A stretch of DNA of 62,878 nt, taken from positions 1 through 62,878 of the forward strand of contig JBEPZV010000011.1 of assembly GCA_041640655.1 (NCBI GenBank). Reading direction: 5' to 3'. The stretch is from a bacterium. GTDB lineage: Bacteria; Acidobacteriota; Blastocatellia; HR10. The translations under genes and the position numbers were made by a program. This document shows positions 1 to 8,588 of this stretch, one piece after another; positions within the stretch are counted from its first letter, which is position 1, and each line of letters opens with the position of its first letter. Below the pieces are notes generated by a model that was not told the origin of the DNA, searched no databases, and saw only the letters and a program-made list of their open reading frames with translations.

Positions 1-1
1 C

Positions 2-1240
2 GCCCTGGTCTATACGCAAGTCACCGGACGCGTGCTCAATCCGAGGTTGCGGGTGACCTATCCAGACTTACAAACGGCTGTTAACAACGCGGGTCCTGGC
101 GATACGCTCCTTGTGAGTGGGACGCTCACAGGGACGGCTGCGATTCTGGATTCGGCGACTGATGCTCCTCCAGATGGATTGAAGATCGTGGCCGGGCGTG
201 GCCTTCGGGGGACGTTGCAGATTTCGTCTACTGATTGCGCGGGCACACCCAATGATGCCGTGCTCGATGTGAGCGGTCGCGCGGGGGCGCTTACCATTAT
301 GGGGCTCAAGATCGTGGTGCCGAACCTTTGCACCGGCGTCTACACGGACGGCAACGGCAACCCGCTCACGGTGAAGAACCTGCTCATCCAGGCGGCGACA
401 GCGACCGCAAATATTGAAGGCATCGTGATTGGTGATCTTACCGGTACTGGTGAATCCGGTGGCCCGTTCCTGGTTGAAGATAACATCATTCCAAGAGCTG
501 GCAGTGGTGGCGTGGGCATAGATGTGTTTGGTGATAGCACGACGGTGAGGCGCAATCGAATCGGAAGCTCGGGAGCGCCAACGGAAGCGGGGATTGCGGT
601 TGTGGCTCCTCTGGGCGGCGTAGTTGTGGAAAGGAATATCGTAGATGGGGGGAACAATGCCGGTAGCACCATAGGGATTGTGGTTGGGTGTACCCCCTCC
701 TTCTTCCCTACGTGTAGCGACGACGTGACCATTCAGCGGAATACGGTGCGGAACTTCGTGGGAACTGCGACGCCGCAGGATGCCGTTGGGATTGCGATTG
801 TAGATTCCACGAATGTTCAGGTTCTTCGGAACGTCATTGCCAATAACGACACGGGGATAGGGGTGGATGACTTTAATGCACTACCAGACGAGCAGACTGC
901 GGACACTGTAACGATCAATTTCAACAACATCACGAGCACGGTTACGGGGGCGACAGGTTTGCTCTTCTTCTGGGATGAGTCGGCGACGGTCCCGCTGGAT
1001 GCGACGAACAACTGGTGGGGGGCGGCCAGTGGGCCGAGCGACATAGAGGGTGATGCGGATGCATGTCCGGAGGCGGTTGGCACAGCATGTGGGACACCTC
1101 AATCACCGGCTGTGCCAGATGGCACTGGTTTGCCTGTTGATAGTGGCGCTGGGGGAGGCACGCCTGACTGTGGTACAGCCGCTGGAGAAGTAAAAACTTG
1201 CCCCTTCCGGACGTCGCCGGTGTCTCCGGCGGGGGCGTGA
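2..1240 (+). CDS. Secreted right-handed parallel beta-helix repeat protein (5'-partial; start lies upstream of the window)
   Basis: The frame is open from base 2 (ALVYTQVTGRVLNP...). It has the beta-helix N-cap LQTAVNNAGPGDTLLV, repeated xxGIxV...VxxNxI units and a C-terminal DATNNWWGAASGP motif. Codon usage has visibly more A/T-ending codons than the rest of the window. Confidence 0.75.
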   Translation, partial: ALVYTQVTGRVLNPRLRVTYPDLQTAVNNAGPGDTLLVSGTLTGTAAILDSATDAPPDGLKIVAGRGLRGTLQISSTDCAGTPNDAVLDVSGRAGALTIMGLKIVVPNLCTGVYTDGNGNPLTVKNLLIQAATATANIEGIVIGDLTGTGESGGPFLVEDNIIPRAGSGGVGIDVFGDSTTVRRNRIGSSGAPTEAGIAVVAPLGGVVVERNIVDGGNNAGSTIGIVVGCTPSFFPTCSDDVTIQRNTVRNFVGTATPQDAVGIAIVDSTNVQVLRNVIANNDTGIGVDDFNALPDEQTADTVTINFNNITSTVTGATGLLFFWDESATVPLDATNNWWGAASGPSDIEGDADACPEAVGTACGTPQSPAVPDGTGLPVDSGAGGGTPDCGTAAGEVKTCPFRTSPVSPAGA

Positions 1241-1260
1241 GGTCGGTGAGGGGATTTCTC

Positions 1261-1312
1261 TTCCCCTCTTCGGAAAGGGGGGAGCGGGCCGAAGGGGATG
1301 TTCTCCTTCGGG
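1261..1312 (+). terminator. Two GC-rich hairpins just downstream of the beta-helix gene (possible terminator or mRNA-stabilising stem-loops)
   Basis: TTCCCCTC-TTCGGAA-AGGGGGGA and CCGAAGGGG-ATGTT-CTCCTTCGG; no U-tract follows. Confidence 0.3.
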
Positions 1313-1340
1313 CAAAACTATCAGGCAAGGAGGAGGGACG

Positions 1341-1499
1341 ATGAAGAAGCTCATGCTACTGGTCGGTCTCGGTGTTCCGAATGCGAGCCCGCGCGAGCGG
1401 GCGACCGAATGTAGCCCGGGGGCGAGCCCACGTTGTGAACCCAACCCCGTTCCACCCGTGAGCCCGCGCGAGCGGGCATTCGAATTTCGCCTAGGGTGA
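1341..1499 (+). pseudogene. Truncated secreted-protein gene start that runs into the REP-like element
   Basis: Strong SD (AAGGAGGAGG), then ATG at 1341 encoding signal-peptide-like MKKLMLLVGLGV. The frame enters repeat sequence at ~1383 and stops at TGA 1497-1499. Confidence 0.45.
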
Positions 1500-1717
1500 G
1501 CGAAGCGAGCCCTAGGAACGAGAGCCGACAATTTCCCCCAAGCCCGCGTACGCGGGCGGCCCATGTGGAGGCGGAGCGTGACGCCGTCCCCACGAACGCA
1601 CCGTGTGACCGCGCGAATGGGCCGCCCCCGTCGGGGGCTCGATTGTGACGTCGTTATCCCAGGGCTCGCCTCTGGCTCGCCTCGGGCTAGACTCGGACGC
1701 CTGCTTCGCAGGCTTTA
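1383..1717 (-). repeat. REP/BIME-like composite palindromic element, copy 1
   Basis: Contains GCCCGC-GCGA-GCGGGC hairpins, GTAGCCCGGGG and CCTAGGGTGAGCGAAGCGAGCCCTAGG. Its reverse complement aligns block by block with 9577-9870. Confidence 0.85.
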
Positions 1718-1740
1718 CGCGGAAAACGTCATCATCAAAC

Positions 1741-1793
1741 GGCCTCGCCTTCGGCTCGCTCCGGGCGAGATTCAGACGCCGGCTTTATCCCGC
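1741..1793 (-). repeat. Degenerate additional REP-like unit
   Basis: GGCCTCGCCTTCGGCTCGCTCCGGGCGAGATTCAGACGCC resembles GGGCTCGCCTCTGGCTCGCCTCGGGCTAGACTCGGACGCC at ~1662-1701. Confidence 0.55.
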
Positions 1794-1808
1794 TGAGGCG
1801 ACGGAGAT

Positions 1809-2606
1809 TCACGTGTGGCGGAAGGCCAGGGCCGCGAAGATCAAAAAGACCACGGCATTGATGATCTCCGCGATCCCCACGCGCCGCAGATTGACCCGTT
1901 CGGCAGGTCGAACGACGTGCCAGAGCGCCCGCCCCAGGGCCGGAGCAAACGCGAGCATCAGAAACACGCCCATGCGATGCGTGAGGGCGAGGCCGACGAG
2001 CGCGGCGATCAAAAACGAGTGATAGAGCGCGCACTGTCGCCGCGCTCGCGCGCGCAACTCCGGCGATCGTCCATGCGCGGCTGTCATGCGCAGCTTCACG
2101 TAGAAGACGCTGCTCGCGAAGTAGAGCGCGCTCACGCCCCAGAGCACGAACGCCTCCGCTTCCCACCTCCCGCGAATCACATAGTGCGCGGCCGGAGCCG
2201 TCATCGTGAGCCCCAAAATGGCGAGAATCTCGCCCCTGACGGTGCGATCCTCAAACCGCGCCGCTTGCTCCGCGTTCACGAGGAGCAGACCGAAGGCGCC
2301 AAGCGCTAGCGGGATCACGCCCCAGCGCTGATGCTCCAGAAGAAGCGGCGCGCCGAAAAGGAGCGCCAGCGCGCAGTAGATGAGCATCAACGTGCGCGCT
2401 CGCGTCGCCTCCTGGCGGCGACGACGCGCCCGCCACCACGCGAGCAGGGATTCGCGCGCGATGAAGAGGAACGTGACCGCTGCGCTCAGCCAGAGCACGG
2501 GACGACGGTCCCCGTGAGCGGCGAGCGTCCCGATCAGAAGCGGGACGTAGAGCATCGCCCATGCTCCATGCTCTTTCGGCAATTTCAAGCGACCGCGCCA
2601 CCCCAT
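1809..2606 (-). CDS. YwiC-like multi-pass membrane protein
   Basis: N-terminal LPKEHGAWAM motif typical of the YwiC family; about 8 hydrophobic segments. Confidence 0.8.
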   Translation of the reverse strand: MGWRGRLKLPKEHGAWAMLYVPLLIGTLAAHGDRRPVLWLSAAVTFLFIARESLLAWWRARRRRQEATRARTLMLIYCALALLFGAPLLLEHQRWGVIPLALGAFGLLLVNAEQAARFEDRTVRGEILAILGLTMTAPAAHYVIRGRWEAEAFVLWGVSALYFASSVFYVKLRMTAAHGRSPELRARARRQCALYHSFLIAALVGLALTHRMGVFLMLAFAPALGRALWHVVRPAERVNLRRVGIAEIINAVVFLIFAALAFRHT

Positions 2607-2662
2607 CCTCGTCTCTCCTCCCTCGCAAGCTCAGCCGAAGAAGTGCGAGCGCTCGTGTCCGT

Positions 2663-3217
2663 TCATGTCGCCCAGGCTCGTTCCAGCTCGCCTGCCAGCG
2701 CCTCGTACTGCTCATGTGTCCCGAGGCCGAGCGCTGCCTCCTCGCGCTCGAAGGCCTCGGCGAGCGCCGCTCTCGTCGGCGCATCGAGGACGCTCTGGGC
2801 GATCTGAAAGAGCACATTATCCTCCTTGTAGATGTGCTGCGCCAACAAGTCCATGTACTGCCGAGCAGCGCTCACGAAGCGAGCCGCCGCCGCGGATTCT
2901 CCCCGCACGTATGCCGAAGCGGCCTCGGCCATCTCGCGGACGAATCCGCGCCCCACTTCGTGCTCATAGAGCATGACGCCAATCGGTCCACCATCGCGCG
3001 GCACTCCGCGCTCCTCGAGCGCCGGAAAGAGATGCTTCTCCTCCTTCCCGTGATGGCAGCGATCGGCGAACGTCTGGATGAATTCCACAAGCTGCGTGGG
3101 CACATCCGGGGGGACTGCCTCTCCCTTCTCGAGTCGTTGACAGACCCCGCGAAGCGCTCGAAGCGCTCGCTCGATGATTCGATGCTCGTGCATCAAGATC
3201 TCCACCGGTTCGGGCAT
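2663..3217 (-). CDS. Hemerythrin/HHE cation-binding domain protein
   Basis: Motifs EHRII, DRCHHGKEEKHLFP, GPIGVMLYEHEVGR and QHIYKEDNVLF; SD AAGGAGG upstream. Confidence 0.9.
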   Translation of the reverse strand: MPEPVEILMHEHRIIERALRALRGVCQRLEKGEAVPPDVPTQLVEFIQTFADRCHHGKEEKHLFPALEERGVPRDGGPIGVMLYEHEVGRGFVREMAEAASAYVRGESAAAARFVSAARQYMDLLAQHIYKEDNVLFQIAQSVLDAPTRAALAEAFEREEAALGLGTHEQYEALAGELERAWAT

Positions 3218-3269
3218 ACGCCTCCTCCTTGTTCGGAATGATCATCATGCAAAGTCTCACGCCGCGCGC

Positions 3270-3797
3270 TCACGGCTGATTCTCATCCAGGCAGCGCCGC
3301 AACAGCTCGCGCCGCTCTGCCTCCGTCGTGACGCGGTCGAGCGCCGGATAGAGGATGTTTCGCTCGCGCAGATCGTGATGCTCGACCAGATGTTTGAACA
3401 TCGTTTGCTCGTCGAAGAGCCGGATGATCCGCCGTCGAAGGTCGGGCGGATGTGTGTCCAGTTCCGCGAGCGTCGCATGAAATCGCTCGAGGAATTCCCG
3501 CATCTTTCGATGTTCGCCGAGGAACAGCTCGATGGGGCCTCCGGGAATCGCGCCCGCGCGCGCGTAGACGGGCAGCAGGATGTCCTCCTCCGAGCGCATG
3601 TGCGCCAGCAGCGCGCGCTCATACGCCAGGAGTCGCTCCCGCGCTCGCGCGATGTCCTGCCCGAGCAGCGCCTCCTGATGCTCCGCGAACAACTCGTTCA
3701 ATCGCTCATGCACGCGAAGCAGCGCGAGGAAACTCGGCGCGCGCGCCTCGGTGCCGGGAACGTCCTCCGAGATGGCGAGCTTCTCCTCATGCGACAT
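3270..3797 (-). CDS. Hemerythrin/HHE domain protein (second, divergent copy)
   Basis: Motifs VHERL, HMRSEEDILLP, EHRKM and HHDLRERNILYP. Confidence 0.85.
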   Translation of the reverse strand: MSHEEKLAISEDVPGTEARAPSFLALLRVHERLNELFAEHQEALLGQDIARARERLLAYERALLAHMRSEEDILLPVYARAGAIPGGPIELFLGEHRKMREFLERFHATLAELDTHPPDLRRRIIRLFDEQTMFKHLVEHHDLRERNILYPALDRVTTEAERRELLRRCLDENQP

Positions 3798-3807
3798 ATC
3801 GGCCTCC

Positions 3808-5640
3808 TCACACGGAGAATGCTTCGCGAGATTCCGACGTCGAAGCGCGCGCCTTCTGCTCGGCTTCGATCAGCGCCATGAGATCCGCGAGCAATCGGTT
3901 CAGGTCCGCACCTTCGCGCCGACAGGCTTGCTCCAGCGTCACGACGCGCGCCATCGTGCGCCGCAGGACGGGATTTTGAAGCGGCGCGAATCCATGTCGC
4001 AGGAAGATGTCGAGCGCCTGCGGATACCGCTTGAGGACATCGGCGACCGTCGTCTGTGGCCCGAGGACGAGCGGCTCGGAAGACGCGCCCGCAAGGGCTT
4101 CGCGCTCCAGCCGCTTCCCGACGCGCATGTTCTGCACGAGCTCATATCCCCACAGGGCCAATCCGGCCACCTCGATGAATCCCGTGACGCGCATTGCAGC
4201 GAAGGCAGCCGCTGCGTAATCGGTCGCGATCTCCGTCCCGACGCGAAGGGCGTTGCCGACATTGAGCAGCACGAACGTGGGCCAGAGCGCCGACGCGCGC
4301 CGCACGTCCACGCCTGAGAGCGTCGGCACGACTTTGCTCGACACGCCGACGATCATCATCGTGATGAAGCCGACCGTCAGCGCATGCCGATACGCGCCGA
4401 AGAAGGCGTGCGAGAACGGCACGGCGGCTCCCGTGAGCGGTTGATAGAGGAGCAGGTTGTAGACGGGCGTGAGCGCCAGCATGGCCATCGCCACGATGAA
4501 CCAGACGTAGGCCGCGCGGATGAATTTCAACCCGCGATCGCGCTCGCTCTCGGGGACGGGGCCGAAGAGGCGATACTGACGGGGCGTCCCTACGGCGATG
4601 GTGAGCAGCAGCAGTGCAGCGATCTCTTGCCCGATCAGCCATCGGGAATCGCGCGCGAGCATGCCCGCGAGAAACGCCAGGATGCCGAGCGCAATGGCGC
4701 CATTCGCTCCCCAAAGCGAGAATCGCCGCCAGCGAGGCGTCGGCTCGCGCAGCGCATACGCGTGCGGCAGAAAGCGCAGCGAGACGCCGAGGATCATGAC
4801 CACGGCGATCCCCAGAAGCTGAACGTCTCGATAGGGGATATTGAACGTCGCCACGCGGAACAGAAACGCCTCGCGCGTCGGCGCCGTCTCGAAGAGCCAG
4901 AAGATGACGGGATCGGCCACCGCCGCGAGCAGGAACCAGAAGAGCGCCGATCGGATGAAGCTATCATACGGTTCGGGTCGCGCGGCCTGTCGCAGCGTCT
5001 GTCGCATCACCCAGGCGAAGAGCGCGACGGCCAGCGCTTGCACGGCGCCGGCCACAAGGCCGAGCGCCAGAAACGGCGCGCGCGGCGCCCCGAGGTGCGC
5101 GATCGCTTGCAGCGCGAGGCCTGCGGCCATCATCGGCAGCGTCGCCAGCGCCAGCGTCGGCCGCCAGAGAGTCGCGTGCTTGAACCGCGGGAATGCCTGA
5201 TAGGCGAAGCCCATGATGAAGAAGCCGACCACGCCGAAGACCATCGCATGCCCGTGCGCGAGGATCCACGAGTAGTCCACGCCGGCGAAGTGCTGCCGCG
5301 TTCCGATGAGCCAGAGATTCACAGCCCCCCACACGCAGCCGAGCGTGAAGAGCGTCAAGAGCCCGGCCAGGAAGAACGGCCGATAGATCGTATCAGCGCG
5401 CGTGGGACGATAGACGATCTCACCGACCGGCCCTTCGCTTTTGGCAGCCGCATTCAACTCCTCGAGCAACCGATCGAGTGGCACGCCGTGCAGACGCGCG
5501 AACCACGCGATCGTCTCGCGCGGGCCTTCCGGGCCGCCGCAGCCGCGCAGCCCATACCGGTCGAGCACCGCGCGCGTGGCCGGAAAGCGCCGGATCATCT
5601 CCGGCACGAGCATCTCCGCCGTGATGCGTCGTTCGCTCAT
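3808..5640 (-). CDS. NnrS-family membrane protein with N- and C-terminal DUF1858/ScdA_N-like domains
   Basis: N-terminus FPATRAVLDRYGLRGCGG...FARLHGV; membrane core with HGHAMVFG and RHALTVGF; C-terminus VADVLKRYPQALDIFLRHGF...TLEQAC. Confidence 0.8.
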   Translation of the reverse strand: MSERRITAEMLVPEMIRRFPATRAVLDRYGLRGCGGPEGPRETIAWFARLHGVPLDRLLEELNAAAKSEGPVGEIVYRPTRADTIYRPFFLAGLLTLFTLGCVWGAVNLWLIGTRQHFAGVDYSWILAHGHAMVFGVVGFFIMGFAYQAFPRFKHATLWRPTLALATLPMMAAGLALQAIAHLGAPRAPFLALGLVAGAVQALAVALFAWVMRQTLRQAARPEPYDSFIRSALFWFLLAAVADPVIFWLFETAPTREAFLFRVATFNIPYRDVQLLGIAVVMILGVSLRFLPHAYALREPTPRWRRFSLWGANGAIALGILAFLAGMLARDSRWLIGQEIAALLLLTIAVGTPRQYRLFGPVPESERDRGLKFIRAAYVWFIVAMAMLALTPVYNLLLYQPLTGAAVPFSHAFFGAYRHALTVGFITMMIVGVSSKVVPTLSGVDVRRASALWPTFVLLNVGNALRVGTEIATDYAAAAFAAMRVTGFIEVAGLALWGYELVQNMRVGKRLEREALAGASSEPLVLGPQTTVADVLKRYPQALDIFLRHGFAPLQNPVLRRTMARVVTLEQACRREGADLNRLLADLMALIEAEQKARASTSESREAFSV

Positions 5641-5713
5641 ACTCCCCTCCTTTCGCCCGCTGCCGCGCGGGCGCTCACCTGTCGCGCTCGCGTGCCGCGG
5701 GCTTCGACGCGAA

Positions 5714-5956
5714 CTATTTCGGCTTGCCCATCTCGCGGGCGATCCCAGGAGCGCCTTCGGTCGGCATCGGGGCGGGCCGTCGTTCGCCCAACCATTGATC
5801 GTCCATCATGGGCAGGGCCACGCTCCGACCGAGATCGCCGAAGCTCTCTTTGAGCGCCGCGCCGCCGAACTTCTCCGCGATCTTATGCCGGAGGTAGAGC
5901 ACACCGCCGATGATGAGCCCGACGATCGCGAGCACGATGAGGAGCGCGATCATCAT
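5714..5956 (-). CDS. Small single-pass membrane protein (80 aa), function unknown
   Basis: SD GGGGAGG/GAGG before ATGATG; one N-terminal TM helix; first ORF behind the promoter at 6019-6063. Confidence 0.65.
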   Translation of the reverse strand: MMIALLIVLAIVGLIIGGVLYLRHKIAEKFGGAALKESFGDLGRSVALPMMDDQWLGERRPAPMPTEGAPGIAREMGKPK

Positions 5957-6018
5957 CCTCGTCGCCTCCCCGTTTGCATTTGCGAAGCCTGCATGATCTT
6001 CCTGAAATCCACGTTCAG

Positions 6019-6063
6019 AGCATACCCGACGCCGCTCGGGCCGCGCGGTGACTTAGGTCACAG
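6019..6063 (-). promoter_or_regulatory. CRP/FNR-family box (TGTGACCTAAGTCACC, 6047-6062) plus -10 TATGCT (6019-6024); internal promoter for the small ORF-nnrS-hemerythrin-ywiC genes
   Basis: TGTGA-N6-TCAC palindrome; ungapped 32/45 match to 8415-8459 with identical spacing. Confidence 0.75.
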
Positions 6064-6070
6064 GCGTGGC

Positions 6071-8374
6071 CTATCCGAGGGGCCCAAGCGGCACGACCTC
6101 CGGGAGACGTTCTGGCGCCTCCGCCCGCGCCAGGCGATAGGTCCGCAACGCGGCGAGCACCAGCGGCACCACGCCCAGCCCGATGAAGATGAGATCGGCC
6201 GGCAAGCGCAACCATTCGATCCGCCGCATCAATGGTTGATTGAGGAATTCCAGACTGCGCGCGTGCGCGTAGCCGTTCCTGAGCACATCCAGAAGCTGGA
6301 GCACGCCGCCGGGGAAGAGATTCAACACGACCATGAGCGCCAGCCCGACGTTCAAGCCCCAGAAGGAGAGGCGAACCAGCGGCTCGACCGTTGCCCATCG
6401 CTCTTCGGTGAGGACTTGCCGCAGCGCGAAGACCAGGAGGGCCACGGCCAGCATCCCGAAGACGCCCATCATCGCCGCATGTCCGTGATTGGGCGTCAGG
6501 AGCGTCCCCACTTCAAAGTAGCTGACGATGGGCAGATTGATCAGGAACCCGAATATGCCGGCGCCGACGAAGTTCCAGAAGCCGACGGCCATCAGGAAGT
6601 AGAACGTCCAGCGATGCGGGACCGAGACCGGATGATTGCAGACGTCGCACCGTTGGCGCGTCAGTTTGACGAAGTCCCACGCATCGAGCGTGAGCAGCGT
6701 CAGGGGGATCACCTCCATCGCCGAGAACGTCGCGCCGAGCGCCATCGTGATGTGCGATTGCCCCGTCCAGTACCAGTGATGCCCCGTCCCCACGATCCCG
6801 CTCCCCAGATACAACAGCGCATCCAGGTAGACGACGCGCGCCGCCGTCGTGTGCGAGACCAATCCGAGCCGATAGAAGATCGCCGCGACCATCACCGTGA
6901 CGAACAGCTCGAAGAATCCCTCGACCCACAGGTGGATGATCCAGAAGCGCCACGTATCCACGACCGAATAATGGCTTCGGCCGGTGAAGAACATCGCCGG
7001 CAGGTAGAAGAGCGGGATGGCCACGGCCGCATAGAGGAAGAGCGACAGAATCTCGCGACGCTCGGGATCCGATCGTGCCGGCGCGATCGTTCGGAAGAGC
7101 AGCGCGAGCCACATGATCAGTCCCGCCGCCAGCAGCATCTGCCATGCGCGCCCGAGGTCCAGATATTCCCACCCTTGATGCCCGAACCAGAACCAGAGCC
7201 GACCGATGAGCCGATGAATGCCGAGGAATTCCCCGAGCAAGCTCCCCACGGCGACGAACACGAGCGCGACAAACAGAAGATTGATCCCGCGCACCTGACG
7301 GCTCGGCTCATGTCCGCTCAGGGCCGGAGCTAGGAAGAGGCCTCCGGCGATGTAAGCCGTCGCCACCCAGAAGATGGCCAGTTGCAGATGCCACGTCCGC
7401 AGGATGTGGCTCGGAAGCCAGCGCGAGAGGTCCAGGCCGTAGAAACTCGCGGGATCGGCCCGATAGTGCGCGACGGCACCGCCGACCAAGACTTGCGCCA
7501 GAAAGAGGAGTGCGACGATGACGAAGTATTTGAGCACGGCGCGCTGGCCAGGCGTCGTCTGACCCGGGATGAGCTGCGGATGCGCATGGCCTTCGCGCCC
7601 TCGCCATCCGAGATAATCGAACCTGCCGAAGGCGAAGAGGACGGCCGCCAATCCGCCCAGAAGCGCGATCAAGCTGAGCGCGCTCCACAGCACGGCTTCG
7701 CTCGTCGGCGTGTTCCCCACCGCCGGATCATAGGGGAAGTTGTTCGTGTAGGAATACGTCCGGCCGGGACGCGGTGCCACCGACGCCCACGCCGTCCACG
7801 CGAAAAAGGCCGTCAAGCGCCGCAACTCTTCCCAATCGCGAATGTAGGTAGCCGGTAATCCCATGTTCCGCGTCGGATGCGAGAAGTAGTCAGCCCAGCG
7901 CTCGATCTGCCGCTCATAGGAGTGCGCTTCCGGCTCGGTGAAGATCAGGACGCGGCGCTCCGGATCGTAGCGATTCTGCTTGAGGAGCCGGGGGACTTCG
8001 GCTCGAACGGCTGCTGCTTCCGACTCGGTGAGCGCCGCGAGATCGCGCCCGAAGCGCTGGCGGGCGATCCACGCCGCCGCATCCTCGCCGAGCGCGCGCA
8101 AGGACTCGGCCGAGAAGTCCGGCCCTAAATACGCCCCATGCCCCCAGATCGTCCCGTTCTCCATCAAGCCGTATTTCAAGAAGACCTCTTGCCCCCCCAG
8201 AATGTCCTCGCGCGTGAAGAGGACGCGGCCGCTGGGGTCCACCACCTGTTCGGGAATCGGCGGCGCGTCTTTGTACGCCTTCGCCGCCAGGGCGATCAGG
8301 ACCGTGAACCCACCGATCAGAACCAGTATGACGGCATGTCGCCACCACGGCGATAAGCGAGTTTCACTCATCAT
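6071..8374 (-). CDS. norB: Quinol-dependent nitric oxide reductase (qNor)
   Basis: Motifs GTIWGHGAYLGPDF, YTNNFPY, RTWHLQ, WIIHLWVEGFFE, GTGHHWYW, SAMEVIP and NHGHAAMMG; all heme/FeB ligands and conserved Glu residues are present. Confidence 0.95.
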   Translation of the reverse strand: MMSETRLSPWWRHAVILVLIGGFTVLIALAAKAYKDAPPIPEQVVDPSGRVLFTREDILGGQEVFLKYGLMENGTIWGHGAYLGPDFSAESLRALGEDAAAWIARQRFGRDLAALTESEAAAVRAEVPRLLKQNRYDPERRVLIFTEPEAHSYERQIERWADYFSHPTRNMGLPATYIRDWEELRRLTAFFAWTAWASVAPRPGRTYSYTNNFPYDPAVGNTPTSEAVLWSALSLIALLGGLAAVLFAFGRFDYLGWRGREGHAHPQLIPGQTTPGQRAVLKYFVIVALLFLAQVLVGGAVAHYRADPASFYGLDLSRWLPSHILRTWHLQLAIFWVATAYIAGGLFLAPALSGHEPSRQVRGINLLFVALVFVAVGSLLGEFLGIHRLIGRLWFWFGHQGWEYLDLGRAWQMLLAAGLIMWLALLFRTIAPARSDPERREILSLFLYAAVAIPLFYLPAMFFTGRSHYSVVDTWRFWIIHLWVEGFFELFVTVMVAAIFYRLGLVSHTTAARVVYLDALLYLGSGIVGTGHHWYWTGQSHITMALGATFSAMEVIPLTLLTLDAWDFVKLTRQRCDVCNHPVSVPHRWTFYFLMAVGFWNFVGAGIFGFLINLPIVSYFEVGTLLTPNHGHAAMMGVFGMLAVALLVFALRQVLTEERWATVEPLVRLSFWGLNVGLALMVVLNLFPGGVLQLLDVLRNGYAHARSLEFLNQPLMRRIEWLRLPADLIFIGLGVVPLVLAALRTYRLARAEAPERLPEVVPLGPLG

Positions 8375-8414
8375 TGCTTCCCTCCCAAGGATGTGCTCCC
8401 TCTATCGAGGGCAC

Positions 8415-8459
8415 AGCATACGACGGACCGCTCGTCGCCAGCTATGACTTAGGTCACAG
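8415..8459 (-). promoter_or_regulatory. CRP/FNR-family box (TGTGACCTAAGTCATA, 8443-8458) plus -10 TATGCT (8415-8420) upstream of qNor
   Basis: Box centre lies ~30.5 nt upstream of the first base of the -10 hexamer (class II geometry, about -42); duplicated at 6019-6063. Confidence 0.75.
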
Positions 8460-8508
8460 CACTCGCTTCCACGCTTCCGTCCCTCCCGGCCCGCCGGAGA
8501 ACGATTGC

Positions 8509-8537
8509 TTGCCGCGCATCGCCCGCGCGCGTATCAT
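8509..8537 (+). promoter_or_regulatory. Sigma70-type promoter for the DinB gene
   Basis: TTGCCG-17 nt-TATCAT. Confidence 0.5.
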
Positions 8538-8588
8538 GTTCAATCACCGCGACTGAAGGGGGCGAATCCTCGCGGAGGAAGGTGGCCT

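Noticed and set aside
1120..1135. Sigma-54 promoter-like TGGCACTGGTTTGC
   Set aside because: GG-to-GC spacing is 9 nt rather than 10, and the site lies within a CDS.
1383..1793. CRISPR array
   Set aside because: The units are degenerate, alternately oriented palindromes with irregular spacing, and no cas genes are present; this fits REP/BIME-type repeats.
6071..8374. qNor as a nitric oxide dismutase (Nod)
   Set aside because: The FeB His ligands (HLWVEG, GHH), conserved Glu residues and the quinol-site His (RTWH) are all canonical, whereas Nod-type proteins substitute these.
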